Origin: Eutreptiella sp. 'Long Island Sound 2002'
Lineage: Eukaryota; Protista; Euglenida
Direction of reading: 5' to 3'
Length of the DNA: 64,000 nt
Assembly: GCA_964036045.1 (NCBI GenBank)
Contig: OZ038379.1
Coordinates: 30,318,001 to 30,382,000, forward strand
Shown: positions 48,390-60,500 of the stretch, in pieces
Layout of the letters: each line of letters opens with the position of its first letter
How positions within the stretch are numbered: position 1 is the stretch's first letter
Notes under the pieces: model-generated
The model's input: the letters and a program-made list of their open reading frames with translations, nothing else
Told to the model about the DNA's origin: nothing
Database searches by the model: none
Program-made: the position numbers and the translations under genes

Positions 48390-51300
48390 CCACTGACGTC
48401 GGGACGTTAGTGTCTTGGAACCTCCAAGGCTCACTGTGGGCACATGGTGTGCTTGTTGCCCCGGGTATGCTCGATGGTGAGGCGGTGGCTACGGGCATCG
48501 TGCAAGCCGAAGGGGCCATCCTTGGTCTCTTCCAAGGAACGGACCTAGAAGACCCCCAAGGCCCGAAGCACATGGAGAACTGATACCGGCACCATTGGTA
48601 CAAGGCCTTCCAGGGGGTGAATCCCGCGGCGGCGCCGGCACCGGCTTCCTAGGGCGGCCTCTTGATTGCCCTTTGCGCAGACACGTTTGCCGCAGAGGAA
48701 GTGAGGGACGTGGTTGACATTATCCTTCGCAAGGCCATGGGCCTGGACATCGTCACCGCTGGTGGGGCGTTGACCATCGTCAACGTCGACAGCCCCGACG
48801 CGGCACTGACTTGTGGGCTACCAAGGACTTCTTCGCGGTCAATGCGGTCATGTTTGCAGTAGCCAGAAGTGCTAGACGCACGCGGCCGGCCCTGGTCGGT
48901 GAGGAATTCAACACGTGGCCTGAGAAGCCACAGCACGCCACCGCGAAGAGGTTCATGGCGCCATGGGACTTAATTGGGTTCATGAAGGCGGGGCAATCAG
49001 TGTAGGAAGAACGCCCACCCACATGGGATGGACGCACGTTGGACTCCGTCTTGCTCAACGTGCCGTTGGTCCCTTGGGTGATGAGCAACTGCCCGTACCT
49101 GGCGCCGGGGAGGCGTACTACGGCGCTAGGCTGTGACCATGGCCCAATGGTCTTGGGTATCCCGATGGTGGTGGCTGACAACGAGAGGATCACTGTCATG
49201 GTTTACTCGCACGCTCAAGGCTGTGTGCAGGCCTCGCACTCAGACTGGCCGGGGTCCGAGCGGCGGCGGCGGACTTGCTGTAGCGGGCCTGCGATGAACC
49301 GACCCTTAACTTAACTTAACAACTTAAGGCCCGCCTATCGTCGGACGAGGATACGGCCACCATGAACATGCCGACAGTGCAGGTGTCTTCGCCCTACTCT
49401 ACATTTGTTCCGCTGATGTGGCACGAGTCACGGGGGAGGTGAATGCCCTCGGGGGTTGACCTGCAGTACCACCATGGACATGAGGAAACGCAACCATCTT
49501 TGTCCTCGGTCCTTATGGATCAGTAGGCTCTTTCGTTGCTTGCTCGGGAGATGTGGTAGAGGGATGCCGGCGCGGAAAGCATTGCCTTTCGGGAAGCTTC
49601 CTCCGTAGTGCAAAACCTCAAGTGGGTAGAACCGAGGTTGTCACCTACCACAATGGATGACTTGCAGACAACACTAGATGAGTAGCTTCAACACCTTGAG
49701 CGGGGGGGGGTTGAGCAGTTGCACGGTTTCCTTCAACAAAACCGCAGTAGGTTCATCACGGACTGTTTGCGGGGTAGGGTTCCGGATCGGCAGGTGTGTT
49801 TGGGCAATTCGCGTAGCCAGCAATGTGGTCATGTACGCCCCCTTCGGCTTGTGGTAAGTCCAAATTCAAGGGGCAGAAAATATCATGGAGACCTCGGATG
49901 ATATCGTGGAAGTCAAGCGGTACTCGGTGGCAATGTACGCCAAGCGGCACATGAACCTCTCAGCCTTTTTGATGCTGGTCCGAGCCCACATCCCCGAGGA
50001 GTGCATGAAGAATGGAGGGCAGTGCAAGATTGCACTTTGCAGGACCTCTAAGACGCCGTGCAACATGCGGTGGTCGAGGACAAGGCGCCGGGGTCCAACA
50101 GCGGCACGGCACTCCTCATCGCGGAGTTCCCCAAACCCGTGCAGGGGCTCGTGGTGCACGCCTAACGGGCCATTGTGCATGGCGAAGAAGTTTCTGGAAT
50201 TGTGGCATGAGGCCATCATATGGCTGATGCCCACGGGAACGGTCCTAGGGGAGTTGATCTTGTACCGGCCCATGGCATTGGGGCAGCAAGACATGAGATT
50301 TCTCATGACCCACCTCATGCGAAGGTTCATGGCGCTCTTGGCCCGTAAGGGGATGGCGACGGACTGGCAAATCGGGTCTTTGCTGGGCTCCAAGGCGGCA
50401 GTCAGTGCCGTCAGGAGGAAAACCGCATCTCAGCCTTTCACGTGTCCAAGGCCTTAAACAGCACGCTGCACAGCGCCCTGCACGGGGCTTTGGCCATTCT
50501 CCTGCGCCACATGGGCGTCCCGGAGGATCTTATTAGGCTCCTCCACACCCTCAATCGTGGCAGCAGGGGGCGCATTGCAACTGCGCAGAGGGCGAACATG
50601 AGCACCCGCTTCCATCGTGCCCTTAGGCATGCTAGTTCGGAGAGCGTCGTGCTATATCTTCTCCTCTTGGGACCGACAATGTGTTGTGTTCTGAATAGGG
50701 TGAAGGGCAACACTCGGCAGTCCGTGCCGCCGCTAGTGCTGGTGTAATGCGAGGATCTTGTACTGATAGCGCACATGTGCACACACTGTCGCAATCTTTC
50801 GAGTACCACAGTGCGCTGCAGTGTTTGCGTGTTTCCTCGCAGACAAGGGCATGTCCTTAAATCTTCGCAAACGTGCATTCCATACCAGGACGCGGATGTC
50901 CTCGGTTATGGTGCGCTTGGACCCCGACAATGCCATTGCCATGTGGATTCGCTGGGCGGCCAAGACCGGCGTGCCACACCTGACCTTAGGGTTGAGGATG
51001 GCGCCAATGAAGGAGAAGCATGTCCTCCGTTATTGGCCTCTTCTAAGTTGGTGCAACAACATGTTGGGGCTAGTGTGCGTGCCCCACGAGGTGATGGTGG
51101 TGGTGGCATCCTACGGTATGTGGCGCCGTACCTCTCCGTTGCTATGATGGACGTCGTGCGCTTGAATGCCGCCATTAAGACTGCGGCCCCGCACTTTGAG
51201 ACCCTGCCGAGGGGCCTGTCCAAGGTGGCGTTCCACTCCAAAAAAATGATCCGGTTCGCTGTTGTCCGGGCCTTGTGCTGTTACTCGGTGGTGGCGATAG

Positions 51301-52220
51301 TGGCTAAGCTCGCACTTCATTGCTCTGCTGTGGTCAACGATGAACGGGGAGCTATGCTGGACGACCTACATGCGAGGTACGGGGTGTGCGGACACTTCAT
51401 GATTCCGTCGACATCGTTCCCGGCGCATGTGGGCGATACTGTGAGCGACCGCCCCCTCCAGGCGCCGGGGACATAAAGTATTGGCCTTTGCATGCGCACC
51501 TCAGTGGACGTGTGTGCGCGCGCTAACTTGCCAGAAGTGCAGTACGCCGGAGAGCGGTGGGTGACCCGGTCTTACACCTTCAAGGGCTCGGGCATGCGTG
51601 TGCCGTTTGGTCTGCCACCACGCTGGCAGTGAGCTTTGTGACGGACCCGGCAGATGGCCTCCTTCATGCGGGTTTTCCTTGCCTTGCGCCGGGGCAGTGG
51701 GCCACGCAACGTTGGCATTGTCACAAAGACCACATGCATTTCCAACTTACCGGGGTGAACGCGAGCATGCTTGGTCATGTGGTTGCAAGGAATGAAGGCC
51801 GTGTTTCCGCACCCACCTTCCAGTCCGCCTACCCACTTCCTCCTTCAACCCGTGCGTCACAAGAAGGCCGCTCTGCGCATGGAGATGTCCGCCACAAGAG
51901 TTGCGTACGTGGTAGGTGGCTAGAGGGACAAACACCGGACTATAGGTGTCGTGGGATGTCCATCCCTTTCGTTCCCTCGGCCTCCCGGATGTTCACATTC
52001 GGGGATGTCTTTGACGGACATTGACAGCAAGCGGACCGGGCGTTCGTGCCTCTTCTTACTCCGCATGCAGCAGGCGGCGTGAACCCCACGCCATTGCGGG
52101 TGGCCCACCGCACGCCAGCATTCGGCAGCGTGGATGAGGCACCCGTCCCTAAAATGGTCAGGTTACCCATGCACCGACCCACACGTGATGGTTGCCTCAC
52201 TACGGGAAGGTCTTAGAAGG
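48390..52220 (+). mobile_element. Degenerate LINE ORF2: APE endonuclease plus reverse transcriptase
   Basis: EN: LVSWNLQG, LFQGTDL, IVNVDSP, VGEEFN, RTLDSVL, GCDHGPM. RT: WHEAIIWLMP...YRPMAL...DMRFL, SKALNS, MGVPEDLI, S.VLYLLLLGP, CEDLVL. Confidence 0.88.
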
Positions 52221-53249
52221 CCACTTAGGGACGTATTTTTGTTGTTCGGGGGGTGCAAAGCGGAGTCGTTGACCATTTGTATTTTCACCCCAAAAAAAAT
52301 CAGTTTATAATTAGCATGCGTTACTGATAAACTAACTCTTAGTGGCCCTGGCCCTGTGTAGTGAACACACCACCCACACACAACACTGTCCCGTGCATCG
52401 CCATACAACTCACTTGGGGGGGGGGGGGTATTTGCTAGTTTTTGTAAAGCAACTGCTCTGGAGCACGCTTTTCTTCAATCAATGGTTCTGGAGGCTGTTT
52501 AGACCCAATTTTTGAAGCAAAACCGTGTTTCAGCGCACTTCTTTCAAGTTCTCTCCATTTTACGCCCTCTCTTTGTCTTGCACACCTGTCATTCAGGAGA
52601 ACGGACTTTGATGAATTACTAATTGCTTACTTGGTATGAAATTTCAATCATTCTTGTGATGCAATGCGTTGCAGAGGTGTTTGTTTGTCTGTTTGTCTGT
52701 TTGTGTGTGCATTTAACGTACTGGTCGTTTCGGTGCGGTTATTTTTGTTTTTAGTCTCAGATTACATGATGCAGACAAAGTTCATGCCCTTTGCGAGTCT
52801 CATGCTAACACGTTGCACCAAACTACACTGACATGCGGTAATACGCACAACACTTCGTGCACTCCTTGTTCATATGTGTATTGTTGTGGGCAATGGATGC
52901 TGTGCCTTTCATACACTTTTTGATGCAGTCGAAGTTCACCTGCGCTATTATGTCATATTATGACATATGTAATAATGATGTGGTAGATGCCGCACTGCCA
53001 GGCATCCTTGCTCGAGATTTTGTTACCTGGTCACTGTTGTTGTGTTTGCAAAAACATTCTAGATATGAATCACGCGAGTTTTTGCAGCAGAGGCGACGTG
53101 TTCACTTGGGATTCACACAACGTCTCTAGTGCAACACAAGCCTATAGGAAACTTTCAATCTTTGGAGGCTCATGCATGCACGGTGCCTGCCATGGACAAA
53201 GCGTCCATTGGAGACAGTGAGTGGTATTGGTGGCAAGGAGAGACGTCCT

Positions 53250-53522
53250 CTCAGCAAGGCAAGTGCTTGTTTTGCCGGGGTTGCATCTCATGGGCCACAG
53301 GCTTTTGCTGTACCTACAGCGCTTTTGGAACACATTAGTCGTTCACAACATGTGCTTCGCCTGAACAATTTTTATCGCCGACGGTTTCGCCCGGTCCTTG
53401 TGTCCGATTATGTGTCCCTCAACTGCTTGGATGCTACGGTTCTAGCTATGCCTCGGCCTCCTAATATGTACACCGGGTTCCCGTCGCTGCATTCAAGGTT
53501 GAGCAATGTGGGGGATGTATGA
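53250..53522 (+). pseudogene. Fragment paralogous to the 56-kb transposase-like ORF
   Basis: RLNNFYRRRF...SLNC...GFPSL matches WFDNFYRRRF...SLSC...GYPRL at 56.07 kb. Confidence 0.6.
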
Positions 53523-55749
53523 GCCGAATAGCGGTGTAGTCACACGGATTTTGTACTGCAGTTCAGACTATTGCTGAAGGGTCCGTACCACTGAAGAACA
53601 CCTGATGTTCTCGTGATGTGAGCCGGACGCATGCCCGCAGCCACCCATGGAGAGCATTTTTGTTGTCAGAGTTGGTGGTTGGTGCACAAGGGGATTTGGT
53701 GTTGCTGCTGCACAGGCAAGGTAGGGCCCCAGCCCTGCCAGCCAAGCAGCGACGGTTGTTGTTCCTTAACTTTGTTCTGTCTAAAGCTGATAAGCATTTA
53801 GATTACTTAGGGTGTGCCTCGTCCATACGTATAAAAATGTATTATTCGTGGCGGGTCCCGTGATCCTACAGCAGGGCCTGCGAGGAGTGCCCAGTGGCAG
53901 TTTCATGTCGTCGCAGCGGGCCGAGATTCGGGCCTTTTGGCGTGAAGCTAAGGCGCTGCACGGTGAAGAGTTGCAACACACCGTGCAGGCTATTCAGTCT
54001 ATAGTCCAGCTCTTTCCTGCGAAATTTGTGCACTCCCTGAAACGTACTAATTTGCCTGCCAATGTAGTTTGCTCTTTTACCAACCAAGCAGATCTTACTA
54101 TGGCGCCCCGAAGGGCACAACAAATTGGCGCCTACCGGTGGTATCATGGCACCACCCTCTTGCCCGCTCATGACCATTGGCAACATCAGGAGGGTGGGTT
54201 TTTAATTGGTGGGCATTCGTCGACATTATGTTTGGTTTCATTTGTATTGGAGCCCAAGTAGTGTGGCTGATTAAGGCTATGCCTTGGGATGGTGCCGTAG
54301 GATGGTGCACCCCATAACGAACCTAGCGATGCGACACGAAGACCACAATCACTCCGGGTTTTGCATGGGTGTGGCATGTTTTACTATTCAACCGCTTAAG
54401 ACCCCCCTTAAAACCTTTTGTAAAATGGCTTGAAAAGCAGTTGCAAAGCTCAACAAAGACATTGTCCCACCCCGAGCCACTGCAAAACCTTCTCGCAGTC
54501 GTTTTCCGTCACCCCCATTGGGGCAAACACTTGATCCTAGTGTTCCACTAGCTCCCACACCATAACCCTTGCTCCTCAAACTTAGAGGGCTCTAAGCGAG
54601 TCACGAGTGGTTGCCGGAAATGATCCGGAGGGTCCATCTTCAAAACTAACTATACACCCCCTTTTTTTCACACTGTTTGGGTGCCGTGAGGAATCGGGTC
54701 TGTCACTGCATAGTACCACGTTGTTGTAGAGAGTTGTATACATCACACGCAGCTTACGGAACATGTATTAGCCTTTGTACTTACAAAGGGTCAATATGGC
54801 CTATATCTTTCACATACTCTTTTTGGTTCCTTTTATTTACCTGTTCGATACACAATACGAGCATGCTTGTAATGAATATTGGCAGCAAGAACGGTATGGA
54901 GAGTGTTCTTGTTCCCAAACTCCTCTACTACTCGCATATTTTACTATGTTGGCTCAGTTGCCTACTGTACCACCCCGCAATGCTTGAGTTTTATTTTTGT
55001 GTACACATTCCTTATTCATACCATGATTTATGGAGTTTGTGTTCAAGAGCGCTCTGTAGATTGTTCTTTCAACTAAAATCCATTTCAAACACCCCCCATG
55101 CAATGGTTCTACACTGTTGTGTTTGCCCATGATGTTTGGTTCCTTGTTGATTGTGGTTAACAGCTGCAGCACCCATTACTTCAATATTGTGAACACCTTC
55201 GTTAATGTTGTGTTGTAGCCGTCCACTGAGGGGTACTTCAATCGACAAAGACAACTTTGGTACTTGGCATGTTGGTCATTTATTTCTTGGAGGCTGCATT
55301 ACCTCGGCTACCTCAAGGTATGGTGCTTGTCCGCACCAAATATCAATGTGAATACCCTTCAAAACTGGAACATTGGTCAAGAACACTTTGCAGAGGTTTC
55401 TTTATTGGCAGCCCCTCAACAATGGTTGCATTTTACTGGTTTACCTGTTATCTCTTTTGCTGCACCTGTTCTCGCCCACCGGACCTCAACAACGCTCTGC
55501 ACAGCGCTCTTGTCCCAAGACTCTTCCTGGTATCGGAGTCAATGGATTGTCGGGTTGTGGGGCAACACCTACCCAAGCACTTCTGTACCTCATGGGTCCT
55601 TTGGCAGCTGCACAATGGATGCCAAGCCATTCCGCAAGTTATTGTCAACTCTGCCGGACTACTTTGGTGTGGAGGGTTTCATTGGACATGCTGTTCAGGA
55701 CGGTGGAACAAGTCGGGGACCCGGAGCCTTCGTACAGTAGGTATGTGGG

Positions 55750-57534
55750 CTTCGGGGTGATGCATGGATTCGGCGCTCGCTTAGCGATGTTCGACAGGCA
55801 TGGTTGGCAACAAAGAGCGGTACATCGCCCCCCCAACTGGTACTCCCCCATTTGCATAGAGGCATTCAGACTGTGGCATTTGATGCACAAACGTTACAAG
55901 CCCAGGGCTTGCCGTCCTGTAGATGGTGGTCCTATGTCTAGGTTAGTGAGAAGGAAACTCTCCCACTTGGAAGCTTGTGCGTATAATGTTGCAAGCACAC
56001 ATCAACGTGCTTGCTAGATGGCTCATGATCTCTGGGACCTAGTTAAACAGCTCCAACACATTGTTTGGTTTGACAATTTCTATCGTCGCCGCTTTGCTCC
56101 TTCGCTCCATTCCCCCAACTGAAGCCTTAGTTGTACTGCCATGGCTTTGTTACAGCTGCGCACTGACTTGGACATTTTCCCCGGGTATCCGAGGTTGGAT
56201 GCGTTGAAGCAACATCTCCGTGTCCTTGCTCAGAGGTTACGTGACTCTTTCCTAGGGTTATGTGACGCCACAAAGTCTTTGCTTCAAGGGGCCATTTGAG
56301 GCAAAAGACATTCCTGCCCCCTAGGGTTGTAGACGGACAATTATTCGCAGTTTGCAATGGAAACTCTTTTTCGTGACGGACCTCACCTCAGGATCCCAAC
56401 CAGATTTGGTAGCTTTGGTCCACCCTTTGTTTGAGGTGCAGCAGCAGAGTAACAAAGTGTTACCAATCCTCATGGATGAAAACATCCAGTATCGCCTGTG
56501 TAAGATGATGTACAGTAAGTCGTAAGCCCTATACAATCTTGGTCTTTTTGTAAACCGATGTCCGGTGTTGTACGGGGTGTGGCACCCTTACAAGTATGCG
56601 GTTACTGTTTGCTACAGGCGCTTTTTTCCTTTGTTTGTATTCTTGACACAAGGTAGACTACCCTCAGGTACGGTGGTGTATCCATATCCCAAGGTTATTT
56701 ATATGGAGTGAGTCATGGCTGCTCTCTTGGTTCTGGTTAGTTCATGTTACCCGGCCTTGGAGCGGCTTAAGGCGCCCACTGGTGATGCACCTCCTGATAT
56801 GTCTGGAAGACAAAGGACGACCATTGCCTTAGTCGAAGGGATGGTTGTATTCTTGGAGTACATCCCTGCCCTATTCCTGTGTGGTTTTCCATGTTCGCAA
56901 CTGCAAGTAGGCAAACCAACAGAACTCGGATGATGCCTTGCAGGCCGCTCATTATGCGTTCCACATTCTTGTCCACCTATGTTAGGGGGCTGAGCACACC
57001 ACAGAGTATTTTTGGACCCTGGGGGTGTCTTTCTTCTTTTGGGGTCGGTGGGAACAAACAATACCAGGGAAATGCCATTCCGAGGAGATGGGTGAGGCTT
57101 TATTGGCCCGTTTGGTTGAAAAGGTGCAGTTGAACCCCAATAGTAGTCCTTTGGATGAATTTTTTGATCTTTTTTTAATCACACCAGCAGCACGCACCGA
57201 CCTTAAGGACGTTCATGGCTCCCACTTGCAGCATGACACAATCAAGTTGGTTCGGCGCAACCTCAATACCTTTGTACGCCAAATTAGTGATGGTCAGTTA
57301 GTATCCCCAGTGTTGTGGAAGTCAAAGGTGCCAACAGTTGACCTGGACCTCACTAACGGCAAGGTTGTTGTCCTCTGGAACACGGGAAGTGGGGCCACAA
57401 ATGAGGACAACGATGATACAGGGACAAAAATCCTTTCTGCACCAATCATCCACGGTCGTGGTGTGCTAGCTACCTTTGCACCAAGACCTTACACAGCGGT
57501 GTGTTCTATTCCTTGTCGATTTTGCAGTCAATAG
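55750..57534 (+). pseudogene. Degenerate transposase-like ORF (DNF...D...GxWH...E motif order)
   Basis: WFDNFYRRRF (56066), PILMDENIQYRL (56463), YGVWHPYKY (56571), HSEEMGEALL (57076); stops and frameshifts present. Confidence 0.6.
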
Positions 57535-60500
57535 TCGGTTTCGTCCTCAAAAAGCTTTGCACGGTGTTCTTCCTCCGGATTCGATTAAAATGGGTGACTG
57601 TGTTTTGATTGTAGATTCTTTGTGAGCAGGGACCAGATGGTACAGAGCATTCATCCCCTGATTGGCAAGTTGCTCATGAAAGACGCACCTTTTTGCATTG
57701 CTGGCAAGCCTGGGGACGTGAAACACATTGGTCACTCGCTGAAGGACCTGGACGCAACTCAGGGATGGCAGTGGACGCAGGAGCCACTTCCAACAACCAT
57801 CCGACAATACCAATAGTGATTTGAGATTCGCACAACCCCTTATCAATATTGATGTAGTTTGGGACCTTCACAGTCAATTTGTTTGGTGTGCCCATAAGTG
57901 CCAGTCGTTCGGAGCATCGATACACACTGTGGCTGGTTGATCGATCATATATCTAGACTGGTATTGTGCCACCGCCACAATCGGCCCCCGGTGAGGAGCC
58001 TTGGATTCTCTGCTACACCCCATATCATCCGTTGCCTGCCGAGCTGTGTAATGGACTGGTTATGAATATCAACATGGGTGTGGGATACACTGGAGAGCCT
58101 TCTGGTTTGCAGCAATTCATATCTGACAGCCGGGAGACAATTCAGGAACTAGATGCCTTGTACATCATTGGCCGGGCTAGATGGATGAAGGATATTGTCA
58201 ATGGGATGCCGGTTGGGCCGGAGAAAGCGAAATGTGACGAGAGTGATGACGATCTGGATGAAATTGGTGAGGATGAGGACGAGTGCTTGGAGCCTTAGAA
58301 GAGAACCACACCAAGCTAGGAGCAAGATGCCAGGGATGAGAGGGATGACCGCTCCGGTTCCAGCGGTGGTGGTGGAAACAAGTCCTTCACACCTCCGGGG
58401 AGCCTGGATGCGTTCCAGAATAGGGTGAAGGGTCAAACAACCGCCAAATGAAAGCCTAAGGCGGCGAGAAAGAAGAAGTAATGGGTGCTGCAGGCGTCTG
58501 TTTCTGTTAGTTTGACCGTTTTGCCCCCTGTGTTCCAACAGGCAATGATTTGTGACATGGTATGCCTTTTTTTTATGAGTTTTGAATTGAAGAACGTTCT
58601 TGAGCGAATTTGCATTTTTACATTGCTATATTGGTGCAGCTTTCTATGTTATTTATCAACAACAGTACACACAGGTGTCAGGTTTGACTACGTGTTCATC
58701 AATATGTATTCATTCACAAAGTTCCTTATGTTTGCTTCCGCACCCTGTTTGTTCACCAATGCAATGCTGCTTGAGCATACCTACCTATGTCAACGTACTA
58801 TGCACTGTCCATTGCTTGCCTGTGTTTGCACGGTACCCTGCACTTTTCATTTCCAGGTGATTCATAGGTTGCTAAGCAACCACACACCACCAGTGTGTGG
58901 AGTGGTGCCAAACAGGCGCTCCACAATAGGTGACGGTTTCATTGATCATAAAACCGTCAATACAGAATGTGGTTTGTAAACACCACACAGGTATGTCACT
59001 GGGGGGGGGGGGGGGGTCAACAGTGGGTTTTCCTCAGTGCACCGGGAAACGTGGATCTGGAGCAGTAAAATTTTGATGGGACCCTTAGGTCTGAAAATAC
59101 ATTATCCCCCCAAATAGGGGTACCTTGATCAATGGTGTAAAGTTCTTTTTTTTTTTTTTTGCAGATGCACCTCCCGTATGGTGATCGCTTGCACCACAAA
59201 AATGCCACGCAGTGCGTTTTTTTAAGTGTGTCCAATTTTTCTTCAATTTTTTTTTTCAAAGTTCTTCAAATTGCCACAAAACAAGTGACACAACATTGTG
59301 GCAAAACTAATTACATTTATATCCAATTTTCATGTTTCACATGATCGTCTGAGTCCAATGTCGCACCACATCTCACCAGGTGTTCCTCTTTTCCAGTGCC
59401 GTCTGCAACATCTTGTTCAATCACCTCCATTGCTGGGCATGTCGTGGCCGAAAATGCTTCCCCTGTTTTTTCATCCCTAGGAATTGCGGAAGCCAGGCTC
59501 CCGAAATTGGTTGAGGTAAGCGCTTTTGACGTCGCCCAAACAATATTTTGAGAGCATTGCCTAGGAAAGGCTATGGCAACTTGCTTGCACTATCAAGGAC
59601 CCATGCTTGCCAAAATGCTCCCCGAATCCCCTAGCGTTTCACAACATAGCCTGCCACCCCCCCCCCCCCGGCACACACCATTGTTTATGCCCAAAAACCA
59701 GCACGCGTGTAGGTGGCATGATATCTAGCGATGGTCGCCTAAATGTAGGAAAGTTGGGTACATCATATGTCCGCCAATTCCCTACCATATTTCAAGGTCC
59801 TTTGCCACACTCCAACCCACTCCTTCCTACCGCATCTTGATTGTGCCCTTGAGGCACATACTCTATACTACATTTGCGGTCGGTCTGGCCCAAACACAAC
59901 AATCTACGTGTGTGGGTTGAATTCAAATTGGAATCCTTACAAGGGTGGCCCACTTTTTCTTACATTGCGTGTATAGCGTTATGGTGGTACGAGGCAGAGG
60001 CCAACTCGTCTGGTAAAATTGCTCTTGTGTGGTATCATTCACATCGATAGTCGAAGTGTGATCAAGGTTTGCGATATCTGTTTTGTTGAGTATCTTCGAT
60101 GAGGCTAATTCCAAGCATAGTTTTGCATCATGTGGCTTGATGTGCATTTTCAAGAACGAACTCACCCCTATGCGCAAGTCACCAATCCCTCTTTCTTGTT
60201 TGGTATTGCACCAAGGAACATAATACTTAGACGGCTACTTATGCACATTGGTTTCCTAAATCATCATCCAAAATTGAGGCCCATGAAAAAGTGACCTTGC
60301 ACCGCACGAAAAACGACATGTCAATTGAGATGTTTTAGCAGTTCGGTAAATATGGGGTGTCGGGCGTAGGTTGCACACCACATACCCCTTTAAACGATAG
60401 CACGGTGCAACGTGATACCTAATCGAACACGTGTAGGGTGTTATTCCATACTTTGGAAAAAAGGAGCGCCGCAGCGCGCTTTTTCTCCAAAAGTTGATTA

